Shown: positions 21,663 to 32,847 of the stretch, piece by piece
Layout: each line of letters begins with the position of its first letter
Position numbering within the stretch: the stretch's first letter is position 1
Origin: an uncultured delta proteobacterium
Lineage (GTDB): Bacteria; Desulfobacterota; Binatia; UBA9968
Assembly (NCBI GenBank): GCA_963745035.1
Contig: CAVUVW010000017.1
Coordinates: 160,001-224,000, forward strand
Reading direction: 5' to 3'
Length of the DNA: 64,000 bases
Translations under genes and position numbers: made by a program
Notes under the pieces: model-generated
Seen by the model: only the letters and a program-made list of their open reading frames with translations
Told to the model about the DNA's origin: nothing
Databases searched by the model: none

Positions 21663-22640
21663 TCACTTGATCACTTGATTCGCCCGCTCGAGCACGCGGC
21701 TCGGAATTGTCAGACCAATCTGTTTTGCCGCCTTAAGGTTAATGACGAATTCAAACTTCGTTGCCTGCTGCACCGGCAAATCAGCCGGTTTGGCGCCTTT
21801 CAAGATCTTGTCCACGTAAACAGCCGCGCGCCGATAGAGGTCATCGTAGTCCGCCCCGTAGGACATGAGACCGCCCTCATCGACAAACTCCTTCTGTGGG
21901 TAAATAGCCGGCAACCGGTATTTGCCGGCAAGCTCGACGATCCGCTTTCTTTCGGCGAAAAAGGGGCGAGTGGCGGTCGTCATAATCGCGTCGACCTGCT
22001 TCTGCTTTGCGGTTTGAAAGGCGCTCTCTAAACCTTTGGCGTCGGGTTGAGTCTCGATCTCCTCCAATTTTAGCTTCAGTGCCAGAGCCGCAGGCCTGAG
22101 CTCTTTCAGTTGGAGGTCTGCTGCTATGCCGCCTCCCGGCGGCCGCAGAAGTCCAACTCGGGCGAGCTTGGGGACCGCGTCCTTGAGTATCTCTAGCCTT
22201 TTGGTGTTTAGCTCGGGCGATAAACTCGAGAGCCCGGTGACATTGCCTCCCGGCCGCGCCAGACTGGCAACCAAACCTGCACCCACGGGGTCTCCAGCGT
22301 TCGTCATCACGATGGGGATGTCGTAGTGGTCGCTTTCTTGGCCGCCAACGCCGGCTGCCGTCCCTGCGACCACGATTAGATCAACCTTAAGACGAACCAG
22401 GTCCGCCGCAAGCTCAGGTAGGCGCTCATACTTTTGCTCGGCAAATCGGTACTCGATGGTGATATTCTTTCCCTCGATCCATCCAAGCTTGCTCAGCTCT
22501 TGCCGGAACGCCTCCACGAGGACCGCGCTACCAGAAGCAGTGCTTGTATCCAGGAAACCTATGCGGAAGATTTTCCCTGTCTGCTGCGCCTCGGCGGACG
22601 AGCAAAGCGCAAAGAGCATGGCGCAAAGCGCAGCAGACAA
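21663..22640 (-). CDS. Array unit U5 (ERANQVIK type); open, with a short internally out-of-frame segment
   Basis: 325-aa ORF; GVGGQESDHYD replaces the expected LAAKKATTT, implying compensating indels. Confidence 0.85.
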   Translation of the reverse strand: MSAALCAMLFALCSSAEAQQTGKIFRIGFLDTSTASGSAVLVEAFRQELSKLGWIEGKNITIEYRFAEQKYERLPELAADLVRLKVDLIVVAGTAAGVGGQESDHYDIPIVMTNAGDPVGAGLVASLARPGGNVTGLSSLSPELNTKRLEILKDAVPKLARVGLLRPPGGGIAADLQLKELRPAALALKLKLEEIETQPDAKGLESAFQTAKQKQVDAIMTTATRPFFAERKRIVELAGKYRLPAIYPQKEFVDEGGLMSYGADYDDLYRRAAVYVDKILKGAKPADLPVQQATKFEFVINLKAAKQIGLTIPSRVLERANQVIK

Positions 22641-22693
22641 CGAGTTTCAGTTTCGTCCTGTTGCCTAATGCCTGTTGCCTGATCTGCCTGTTC

Positions 22694-23625
22694 TCACTTG
22701 ATCACCCTGTCCGCCCGCGCCAGCACGCTCGGCGGAATCGTCAGGCCGATCTGCTTCGCTGTTTTCAGATTGATCACCAGCTCGAATTTCGTCGGCTGCT
22801 CCACCGGCAGATCGGCAGGCTTGGCTCCCTTCAGGATCTTGTCCACGTAGATAGGCGACGCGCCGGTAGCTGTCCGCCAGGTCCGCCCCGTAGGACATGA
22901 GCCCACCGGCATCTACAGCTTCTCTGTTGGTGTACATCGACGGTAACCGGCTCTTTAACGCAAAGCCCACGATCCGTTTTGGTTAGCACTCATTAGCGCG
23001 CTCGCGGTCACATAGAGTCCATCCGGGCGCTCCTTGCTCAGCGCAGCAAATACCCTCTCGAAACCGTCCGCATCTCGTACCTCCCAAGACCGAACAGTCA
23101 ACCCCAGCGCACGCGCCGCGACCGGGAGAACCTCTTTCACCTCGACGTACACTGGCCGGATTGGCCGGATCGTAGAGAACCGCGACACGGGCAAGTTTGG
23201 GAACCGCTTCTTTGAGCAGCTCCAGCCGCTTCCCGCCTAGTTCTCTGGAAAGGTTGTAACGCCGGTGACGTTGCCGCCGGGACGGGCAAGGCTTTCAACC
23301 AGGCCTGCCTCGACAGGATCGGACCCAACGCCCAACATAACGATGGGAATCGTCTTGGTCGCATTCTTGGCCGCCCGGATCAGCAAGTCCCCTCCTGCTA
23401 CCACGATGATATCAACTTTGAGACGCACCAGCTCGGCCGCAAGCTCAGGGAACCGATCGAGCTTCCCCTCCGCATATCGGTACTCGATGGCGATGTTCTG
23501 TCCTTCGATGTAGCCGAGCTCGCGCAGAGCCAGCCGAATTGCCTCGGAACGGGTGGAATCGCTAGCTGGATCCGTCCCGATAGATACCCTATCCGCGGGA
23601 CTTTCTTCGGCTGCTGCGCCTCGGC
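22694..23625 (-). pseudogene. Array unit U6, lacks own leader (fused to U7), frameshifted
   Basis: Begins directly at AEAQQPKKVPRIGYL. Confidence 0.8.
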
Positions 23626-24560
23626 GACGCGCCGGTAGCTGTCCGCGAGGTCCGCCCCGTAGGACATGAGCCCGCCGGCATCTACAGCTTCTCTGCTGCC
23701 GTACATCGACGGTAACCGGCTCTTTAACGCAAAGGCCGCGATCCGTTTTCCGTTAGCACCCATTAGCGGCCGCCCGGCGGCACATAGAGTCCATCCGGGC
23801 GCTGCTTGCCCATCGCAGCAAAAACACTCTCGAAACCGTCCGCAGCTCGTACCTCCCAAGGCTGAATAGTCAACCCCAGCGCACGCGCCGCGGCTGGGAG
23901 AACTTCTTTCACCTCGGGTACGCTGGCCGGATTGGTCGGATCGTAGAGAACCGCGACACGGGCAAGTTTGGGAACGGCTTCTTTGAGCAGCTCCAGCCGC
24001 TTACCGCCTAGTTCTCCGTAGTAATGTTTGTAACGCCGGTGACGTTGCCGCCGGGACGGGCAAGGCTTTCAACCAGGCCTGCCTCAACAGGATCGGACCC
24101 AGGGCCCACCATAACGATGGGAATCGTCTTGGTCGCATTCTTGGCCGCCTGGATCCACGGGTCCCCTCCTGCTACCACGATGATATCGACCTTGAGACGC
24201 ACCAACTCGGCCGCAAGCGCGGCGCCCGATCGACGCTTCCCCTCGGCATATCGGTACTCGATGGCGATGTTCTGTCCTTCAATGTGGCCAAGCTCGCGCA
24301 GAGCCAGCCGAATTGCCTCGGAACGGGTGGACTCAATAGCTGGATCGTCGCGACGATAGATACCCTATCCGAGGGACTTTCTTCGGCTGCTGCGCCTCGG
24401 CCACTGCCCCAGCAACGCGAACGCGACAGCGAGAGCGAGAATGCCCGCCATTTTGATTTTGGACCTTCGATAAGACTCAGAACAGGTTTTGGATCTTCGA
24501 TTGTCGGAGTGAGATCGAAATAGCTGCCCGATTATTTCAAGCATCTTCGCATCTACTCAT
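23626..24560 (-). pseudogene. Array unit U7, lacks 3' tail (fused to U6), frameshifted
   Basis: Ends [12 protein letters not shown] then runs into U6. Confidence 0.8.
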
Positions 24561-24591
24561 CCAATCGTCTGACTTAACCTCTGCCTCTGGC

Positions 24592-25549
24592 TCACTTGAT
24601 CACCTGATTCGCCCGCTCCAGCACGCGACTCGGAATTGTCAGACCGATCTGTTTTGCCGCCTTGAGATTGATGATGAATTCAAACTTCGTTGCCTGCTGC
24701 ACCGGCAAATCAGCCGGTTTGGCGCCTTTCAAGATCTTGTCCACGTAACCAGCCGCGCGCCGATAGAGGTCATCGTAGTCCGCCCCATAGGACATGAGGC
24801 CGCCCTCATCGACAAACTCCTTCTGTGGGTAAATAGCCGGCAACCGGTATTTGCCGGCAAGCTCGACGATCCGCTTTCTTTCGGCGAAAAAGGGGCGAGT
24901 GGTGATCGTCATAATCGCGTCGACCTGCTTCTGCTTTGCGGTTTGAAAGGCGCTCTCTAAACCTTTGGCATCGGGTTGAGTCTCGATCTCCTCCAATTTT
25001 AGCTTCAGTGCCAGAGCCGCAGGCCTGAGCTCTTTCAGTTGGAGGTCTGCTGCTACGCTCCCGCCGGCCGCAGAAGTCCAACTCGGGCGAGCTTGGGGAC
25101 CGCGTCCTTAAGTATCTCTAGCCTTTTGGTATTTAGCTCGGGCGTTAAACTCGAGAGCCCGGTGACATTGCCTCCCGGCCGCGCCAGACTGGCAACCAAA
25201 CCTGCACCCACAGGGTCCGCAGCGTTCGTCATCACGATGGGGATGGTAGTAGTCGCTTTCTTCGCCGCTAACGCCGCGGTGTCCCTGAGACCACAATCAG
25301 ATCAACCTTAAGACGAACCAAGTCCGCCGCAAGCTCAGGCAGGCGCTCATTCTTTTGCTCTGCAAATCGGTACTCGATGGTGATATTCTTTCCCTCAATC
25401 CATCCAAGCTTGCTCAGCTCTTGCCGGAACGCGTCCACGAGGACCGCGCTACCGGAAGCAGTGCTATTATCCAGGAAACCTATGCGGAAGATTTTCCCTG
25501 TCTGCTGCGCCTCAGACGGCACCACAAAGCGCAAAGAGCATGAGCGCAA
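24592..25549 (-). pseudogene. Array unit U8 (ERANQVIK type, near-copy of U5), frameshifted
   Basis: Fragments 24592-24996, 25053-25235, 25268-25549. Confidence 0.82.
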
Positions 25550-25628
25550 AACGCCGCCAGATCAAGATTTTGGATTTTAGATTCTGATTGCCGTAACTGA
25601 GCCTGATTTCCTCGTTGTCCTCAATCGA

Positions 25629-26687
25629 TCACTTGATCACCTTATCCGCCCGCGCCAGCACGTTCTGCGGAATCGTCAGGCCGATCTGCTTCGCGGTTTT
25701 GAGATTGATCACCAGCTCGAACTTTGTCGGCTGCTCGACTGGCAGGTCGGCAGGCTTGGCGCCTTTCAGGATTTTGTCGACGTAGGTGGCGACGCGCCGG
25801 TAGCTGTCGGGGAGGTCCGCGCCGTAGGACATGAGCCCACCGCCATTTACATCTTCTCTGCTGTCTCGTCGATGGTAACCGGCTCTTTAACGCAAAGGCC
25901 ACAATGCGTTTTTGGTTAGCATTTAGGAGCGGGCCCCCCGCGACGTAAAGTCCATCCGGGCGCTCCTTACTTAGCGCCGCGAATACCTGCTCGAAACCGC
26001 CCGCAGCTCGTACCTCCCAAGCTTGGACAGCCAACTTCAGGGCGAGAGCCGCGACGTGGAAGGTCTTCTTTCACCTCGACATATTGGCTGGAGTGGCCGG
26101 CTGGTAGATAACCGCGACACGGGCAACTTTGGGAACTGCTTCCTTCAGGAGCTCCAGCCTCTTACCGCCTAATTTTCCGTCGAGATTTGTGAGCCCGGTA
26201 ACATTGACGCCCGGCCGGGCGAGGCTTTCAATTAGGCCTGCCTCAACAGGGTCGTTCCCGGCGCCCACCATAACGATGGGAATCGTCTTGGTCGCATCCT
26301 TTGCCGCCCTGATCCAATGGATCCCTCCCGCTATGATCATGATGTCGACCTTGAGACGCACCAAGTCGGCCGCAAGCTCGGGAAGCGCGCTCGGTTTTCC
26401 CCTCGGAATAGCGGTACTCGAAGTCGATATTCTGTCCTTCTATGTAGCCAAGCTCCCGCAGAGCCAACCGAATTCCCTCAGCGCGAGCGGACTCATGAGA
26501 TGGGTCCCGCGAAGATATGTAGCCAATCCGGGTGAGTTTCTTCGGCTGCTGCGCCAGTGCCACAGCCACAACCAACACGAGCATGTAAACGATTACCGAA
26601 AGCCCCAACCATTTTCGATTTTGGATTGCTCGATTTTGGATTAGCAGATAAAGAAATCAGAATTCGGAGCCACGAGTTTTCACTCAT
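25629..26687 (-). pseudogene. Array unit U9, frameshifted
   Basis: MSENSWLRILISLSANPKS leader; KERPDGLYV-type body. Confidence 0.82.
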
Positions 26688-26731
26688 ACGTTTTTCTCTC
26701 AATCCAAAATCCAAAATCGAAAATCCAAAAT

Positions 26732-27726
26732 TCACTTAATGACCTTGTCCGCCCTGGCCAGCACATTGGGAGGAATTGTGAGACCGATCTGCTTTGCCGC
26801 TTTTAAGTTAATGACCAGCTCGAACTTCGTCGGCTGCTCTACTGGCAATTCGGCAGGTTTGGCGCCCTTCAAGATCTTGTCTACGTAGATTGCGGCACGT
26901 CGATACTGCTCTGGCTGGCTCGATCCATAGGACCATCAGACCGCCGGCGCGAATCCATTCCTGCTCCGGGTACATCGACGGCAGGCGGTACTTGCTGGCT
27001 AATTCGACCAGCCGCGTTCGGTGCCGATTGAAGACACCGCCCGTTCGAACTATCAGTGCTTGGGCTCGGCCCTTCGCTATCGATCGGAATGCATTGTCGA
27101 AATCGTCAGGCCCTAGCGCCACAACCGATTGAAGCTGAACACCGAACGCTCGGGCTGCTTCGTCGGCGTGTTTCTTTACCTCGCGTGTACGAGACTGGAT
27201 CTGATCCAAAAGAAGAGCCATGCGGGAAGCTTTGGGAACTACTTCTTTCAGCAGCTCTACACGTTTCCCTGCCAATTGACTGCTAATGTTGGTGAGGCCG
27301 GTGACGTTGGCGCCGGGTCGCGCCAAGTCGGCAACAAGCCCGCCCGTAACGGGATCATCGCCATTGCCCATAATAATGGGAATTGTGCTTGTTGCCTTTT
27401 GAGCTGCACGAGTTGTCGCGGTCCCGCTTGTGACGATAATGTCGACGTTCTGACGGACAGCTTCGGCGATGCGCTCATTAGCGCGTTCCGGCTGGAGCTC
27501 GAGCCATAAAAATCTCGACGAAAACATTTGTCCCTTCAATGTAACCGAGCTCGCGCAATCCCTGGAGAAAAGCTGCGATATTAACCTGTCCCCCTGGATC
27601 ACCGGAACGCTCGGGTCGTGTAAGCACGATCCTCGGAATCTTCTTCGTCGGCTGTTGCGCTTCGGCGTGAGAGGCAAAGCGCAAAGAGCATGGCGCAAAG
27701 AGCAAGGCAGAAATCTTTCGCTTCAT
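26732..27726 (-). pseudogene. Array unit U10, divergent body, frameshifted
   Basis: MKRKISALL start; NGDDPVTGGLVADLARPGAN. Confidence 0.8.
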
Positions 27727-27768
27727 CTGTTTCACCATCACTCTCTTACGCCTCGACGTGCTCCATTC

Positions 27769-28755
27769 TCACTTGATCACCTTATCCGCTCTCGCCAGCA
27801 CATTGGGAGGAATCGTCAGACCGATCTGCTTCGCCGCTTTCAGATTGATCACCAGCTCGAACTTCGTCGGCTGCTCCACCGGAAGATCGGCGGGCTTGGC
27901 GCCTTTAAGGATCTTGTCGACCATCGAAGCGGCGCGCCTGTAGGGTTCGTCCTGGTCGGCTCCGTACGACATCAAACCCCCGCTTTCGACAAAATCTCCC
28001 CGAAAGTACATCGCCGGCAGCCGGTTTTTTGTCGCCAAGTCCGCGATCAGTTTTTGATGAGAAGTCGCCAACGTGTGCTGCGTCACGGCGAGCGCTGCGC
28101 TACGCGCCTTGATCGCCTCTTTGAACGCGCCCTCGTATTGGTCGGCGCTGCTGACCTCCATGGAATGAAGTTGCAGACCCAGTTCTCGTGCCGGCAGTTG
28201 GCTTTCTTTCCATTGTTGCGCAGCGCCTGGATTTTGTGGATCCCACAGCACCGCAACGCGGGAGAGTTTGGGAACGGTTTCCTTGAGTAACTCCAGCCGT
28301 TTGCCCGCCAAAACCGCCGCAATGTTGGTGAACCCCGTGATATTTCCCCCAGGCCGCGCCAGGCTGTCCACTAGCCCAGCCGCAACGGGATCAGACACGG
28401 CTCCAATAAAAACGATGGGGATCGTCCTGGTAGCGTTCTTGAGAGCCAAGGCCCCATTCCCCCCGGGCGTGAGGAGCACATCAACTTTGAGACGAACCAG
28501 CTCATCAGCCAGGCCCGGGAGCCGGTCGAGCTTATCGTCAGCGGATCGACGCTCGAAAGTTATGTTCTTACCCTCAACATAGCCAAGTTTACGGAACTCT
28601 CGCAGGAATAGATCGATCCTAGCGGTTGAAGCAGCGGACCCGGGTGAGAGCCAGCCGATCTTCGGCATCTTTCCCTGCTGCTGCGCCTCGGCGTGCGAAG
28701 CAAAGCGCAAAGAGCAGGCGCCAAAAGCACAGAAGACCAAGATTCTTTTCTTCAT
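27769..28755 (-). CDS. Array unit U11, open reading frame
   Basis: Track ORF 337 aa; MKKRILV start. Confidence 0.88.
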   Translation of the reverse strand: MKKRILVFCAFGACSLRFASHAEAQQQGKMPKIGWLSPGSAASTARIDLFLREFRKLGYVEGKNITFERRSADDKLDRLPGLADELVRLKVDVLLTPGGNGALALKNATRTIPIVFIGAVSDPVAAGLVDSLARPGGNITGFTNIAAVLAGKRLELLKETVPKLSRVAVLWDPQNPGAAQQWKESQLPARELGLQLHSMEVSSADQYEGAFKEAIKARSAALAVTQHTLATSHQKLIADLATKNRLPAMYFRGDFVESGGLMSYGADQDEPYRRAASMVDKILKGAKPADLPVEQPTKFELVINLKAAKQIGLTIPPNVLARADKVIK

Positions 28756-28802
28756 CTGTTGCACGTCCCTCGTGCCTGACACTCTGACATTCGCTCACCT
28801 TC

Positions 28803-29771
28803 TCATTGATCACCTCGATCCGCTCTCGCCAAAACGTTCGGCGGAATCGTCAGGCCGATCTGCTTGGCTGTTTTTAGATTGATCACCAGTTCGAACTTCG
28901 TCGGCTGCTCCACCGGTAGGTCGGCGGGCTTGGCGCCTTTCAGAATTTTGTCGACATAGGTGGCTGCGCGGCGGAATGAGTCTAGCCGGTTCGCATCGTA
29001 GCTCATCAGAAAACCCGCATCCACGTCGTTGTACATTGCCGGTAAGCGGCTTTTTATCGCTAGCTCCGCAATACGTTTTTGATGAAAATTAACGAACGCT
29101 CCGGATCTCACTATCAAAGCGTCAGCACGCTCTCTGGCCGTGGCTCGAAATGCGTCATCGAGATCATCTGGAGTTCGGACCTCTAAGATTTGCAGTTTGA
29201 GCCCCAACGCCTGGGCCGTTGCTTTGAGCCTCTTTATTAGTGGGGTCCACACGGGTTTCCGGATTAAACAGGATAGCTACGCGGTTAGCTTTGGGAACGG
29301 CCTCTTTAAGGAGCTCTAGCCTTTTCCCAACTAACTCAGATGGGTGGCTGATTAGCCCCGTGATGTTTCCACCCGGCCGCGCGAGGCTCTTGACGAACCC
29401 AAGCCGCACAACATCGCCGCCGTTTGTCATCACAATGGGGATCTCTTTGGTCGCGTTTTTGGCAGCTGCGGTCGCCTCACTTCCGCGGCAACGATAAGGT
29501 CGAGCTTGAGACGGATTAGCTCGGATGCAAGGTTCGGCAGCCGTTCAAGCTTCCCCTCGGCGTATCGGTACTCAATAACGATGTCCTTCCCTCAACGTAA
29601 CCCAGGTCGCGCAGCCCTTGCCGCAATGCGTCGATGCGGGCCGAGAAAGTGGCAGAGGAACCAGGAACAAGAAAACCTAGGTGAGCCTATCTTTGATTGC
29701 TGCGCCGCGGAGAACGAGTAAAGCGCAAAGAGCGTAGCGCAAAGAGTGAGAAACGAGATTGTTTTCTTCAT
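28803..29771 (-). pseudogene. Array unit U12, frameshifted
   Basis: MKKTISFLTLCATLFAL start; fragments 29164-29433, 28803-29252. Confidence 0.8.
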
Positions 29772-29816
29772 GTCTTTTTTCTTATTGCCTAGTGCCTATT
29801 GACAGGTGCCTTGGTG

Positions 29817-29861
29817 TCACTTGATCACCCTGTCCGCCCGCGCCAGCACATTTGCTGGAAT
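29817..29861 (-). other. Orphan 45-nt copy of the conserved unit tail ([14 protein letters not shown])
   Basis: tcacttgatcaccctgtccgcccgcgccagcacatttgctggaat with no SBP body upstream. Confidence 0.85.
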
Positions 29862-29872
29862 CCATCTAAAGA

Positions 29873-30004
29873 AAATCCGAAATCCGAATATCGAAATCCG
29901 AAACAAACGGACGCGAAAGCGGACTTTGAGTTCCCGAGCACCGTTTTAGAGTTTTGCCCTTGGTCGTTTCGATTTGTTTCGAGCTTCGGATTTCGAATTT
30001 CGGG
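29873..30004. repeat. Heptamer-arm inverted repeat element (AAATCCG units)
   Basis: aaatccgaaatccgaatatcgaaatccgaaacaaa ... tttgtttcgagcttcggatttcgaatttcggg. Confidence 0.8.
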
Positions 30005-30015
30005 TTTTAAACAGA

Positions 30016-30998
30016 TCATCGGATTACTTTGTCGGCTCTAGCCAGAACATTGGGCGGAATTGTTAACCCGATCTGCTTGGCGGCTTTGAGATTAATCACC
30101 AGCTCGAACTTCGTCGGCTGCTCGATCGGCAAGTCCGCCGGCTTGGCGCCTTTCAGAATCTTGTCAACATACGTGGCGGCGCGCCGGACAAGTCGCGTAA
30201 TGCTCGCGCCATAGGTCATAAGCCCCCGGCTTCCACAAATTCTCAGTCTGGCTGTATATCGCCGGCAGCCGGTTCTTTGCCGCGAGCTCTACAATCTGTG
30301 TTCGCTGTAAAATTGATAACGGGTTCCCCAACACAAGGACTGCGTCAGCGCGCCCCTTCCTTGCGTCTCGGAATGCAGTCTCAATCTCCTTGGGATCAAG
30401 TACGTCAAGTACTGAAGCTTCACTCCGAACGCGCCTGCGGCCAGTTCCATCTCTCTTAACGACTGCGGGTTGCCCGAGGGTCGAATTCCCGAAAACGGCA
30501 ACGCGGGAGAGCTCCCGGAACGATTTCCTTCAGCAGCTCCAATTGCTTTCCGCTTATCTCCGGCGCAAGAGTTGACAATCCCGTGATGTTCCCGCCAGGC
30601 CGCGCCAAGGCTGGCTACAAGCCCCTTTCCAACCGGATCGAATCCAAGGCCATGACAATGGGAATCGTAGAGGTCGCGTCCTTGGCGGGGCGGGTTGATC
30701 TCGGACCCGCCGTGACGATGACCTCTACCTTGAGATGCACTAATTCAGCCGCCAGGTCAGGAAGCCGATCTTGTCTTTCCCTCGCCAGTTCGAAACTCAA
30801 TGACGATGTCTTTCCCCTCCACATATCCAAGCTCGCGCAGGCCCTGGCGGAATGCCTCGTACCGATCCGAGATAGAGGAATGCGAGGGAGTAGCGAGGAA
30901 TCCTATCCGGGGAATTTTCTTGACTGCTGCGCCTGAACGGACGAACAAAAAGCAAAGAGCATGGCGCAAATCGCAACCGCAGAAATCTCTCGCTTCAT
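30016..30998 (-). pseudogene. Array unit U13 (close relative of U1), frameshifted
   Basis: MKREISAVAICAM start; shares TPSHSSISDRY segment with U1. Confidence 0.8.
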
Positions 30999-31036
30999 TC
31001 TCCTCACCTCACGCCTTACGCCTCGCGACTCACGCC

Positions 31037-32073
31037 TCACCGAATCACCTTATCCGCCCGCGCCAGCACCTTCTGTGGAATCGTCACACCGATCTGTTTG
31101 GCGGTTTTCAGGTTGATCACCATCGTTAATTTTGTCGGGGCTTCAACCGGCAAATCAGCCGGCTTGGCGCCCTTGAGGATCTTGTCCACATACCTCGCGG
31201 CGCGCCGGTACGAATCGCTGGGGTCCCGCCCGTACGATATGAGCCCGCCAGCCTCGGTATCGAGATTCGTTGCCGAAACAACCCGTAGACGGCTTTTGGC
31301 TGCTAACTCCACGAACTGCTTGCGGTGAGCAGAGGGATACCGGGAGGCAGCCGGCTGAGAAGAGCTTCGGCCCGTTCTTTGATCGCAGCTCGAACGGTCT
31401 CGTCGTAGTCTTCCGGTCCCCGAACCAGCAGGGAGATAAGCTCTACTTTCAATCCGCGAGCGGGAACTTCTATCTCTTTGACAAAAAGTTTGTTCGCTGA
31501 GCCAAGCTCACGCGCTTGACCGCCTGGGATCACGAGCGCCACGCGCTTGATCTTCGAATCGATCTCCTTGAGCAGCTCCAGGAGTTTTCCCCCCAGCTCT
31601 CCGCTAATGCTTGTCAGTCCGGTGACGTTTCCACCCGGTCGCGCCAGGCTGGCGACGAGCCCGTTGCCCACAGGATCCGTGGTGGATGTCATGACAATGG
31701 GAATTGTGCCGGTCGCTTTCTTCGCGGCAACGGCCGGTCCAGTGCCATCCCCGATGATCACGTCAACTTTGAGGCGGATGAGGTCGGCAAGAAGGTCAGG
31801 GTACCGATCGCGGTTCGCTTCAGCATAGCGGTACTCGATGACAAGGTTCTTGCCCTCGACGTAACCGAGGTCGCGCAGCCCTTGCCGCAAGGCCTCGATG
31901 TCGGGCGAAGAACGGGGAAATCCCCCCGATAGAACAGCTATCCGGTGAAGTTTCGCCGGCTGCTGCGCCCTGACAGGCAAGCAAAGCGCAAAGAGCATGG
32001 CGCAAAACGCGCAGACAGCAAGTTTCAGTTTCTTGCTGTCGCCTACCGCCTGTTGCCTGTTGCCTGTGATCAT
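31037..32073 (-). pseudogene. Array unit U14, one frameshift near 31310
   Basis: ORFs 31303-32073 and 31037-31312. Confidence 0.82.
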
Positions 32074-32199
32074 CGAATCACCCTATCCGCCTTTGCCAGC
32101 ACGTTGGGCGGAATCGTTAGGCCGATCTGCTTTGCGGTTTTGAGGTTGATGGTCAACTCGAACTTCGTCGACTGCTCCACAGGTAAATCCACGGGCTTT
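32070..32199 (-). other. Orphan ~130-nt copy of the conserved unit tail
   Basis: [42 protein letters not shown]; upstream is the TA promoter, not an SBP body. Confidence 0.85.
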
Positions 32200-32254
32200 T
32201 TGTCTTGGCGTTGTCAGCGGGAAATGCCGTTAACCCACACGCGCGGCAAATCGA

Positions 32255-32283
32255 TTGACGAAAGCCGATGCGGCGTTTAATCT
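32255..32283 (+). promoter_or_regulatory. Putative promoter of TA module 1 (probably leaderless mRNA)
   Basis: TTGACG-17 nt-TAATCT, with ATG 6 nt downstream and no RBS. Confidence 0.55.
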
Positions 32284-32289
32284 CCAACC

Positions 32290-32535
32290 ATGAAGCCCAA
32301 TCATGAGAAAGTCTTGAAAGAGGCGTTGCGTCTTCCCACCGAGGCGCGTGCAGCGCTTGCCGGTCATCTGCTTGAAAGCTTGGATGACACAGTTGATGAG
32401 GATGTTGAATTGGCGTGGGGCAAGGAGATTGCGCGACGCATCGACGATCTAGATCGGGGTAAAGTAAAGACGGTTCTCTGGTCCGTGGCGCGGCGCCAGA
32501 TCCTCGGACGATCCGGTGGCCGCTCCAAGCGTTAG
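32290..32535 (+). CDS. Putative addiction-module antitoxin component
   Basis: ALRLPTEARAALAGHLLESLD...AWGKEIARR...GKVKTVLW pattern; overlaps toxin gene. Confidence 0.85.
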   Translation: MKPNHEKVLKEALRLPTEARAALAGHLLESLDDTVDEDVELAWGKEIARRIDDLDRGKVKTVLWSVARRQILGRSGGRSKR

Positions 32536-32824
32536 ACTCCATCCTGACGCAATCGCTGAGGCAAAGGCGGCTTACGATTGGTATGCTGAACGCAATCCCT
32601 CTGTCGCGAATGCTTTCATCTCTGAACTCGATCACGCCATCAGCCAAATCCAAAAGACTCCGGAGCGGTGGGCCATGCATTTGCGTGGCACGAGAAAGTT
32701 TCTCCTCCGACGTTTCCCGTACGCGGTAGTTTACCGGATCACCCAATCCACCATTCAGGTTATCGCTGTGGCCCATGGGCGCCGCCGTCCCGGCTATTGG
32801 AAGTCGCGGCTTCAAATCGGGTAA
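32516..32824 (+). CDS. RelE/ParE family type II toxin
   Basis: HPDAIAEAKAAYDWY...RRFPYAVVY...VIAVAHGRRRPGYW. Confidence 0.9.
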   Translation: MAAPSVRLHPDAIAEAKAAYDWYAERNPSVANAFISELDHAISQIQKTPERWAMHLRGTRKFLLRRFPYAVVYRITQSTIQVIAVAHGRRRPGYWKSRLQIG

Positions 32825-32847
32825 GTCCATACTGAGATGATCACTGT

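Noticed and set aside
22698-22778. Direct repeat TTGATCACC twice in many tails as a recombinase core site
   Set aside because: Explained by V-I-N/V-I-K codons, and it varies synonymously among units.
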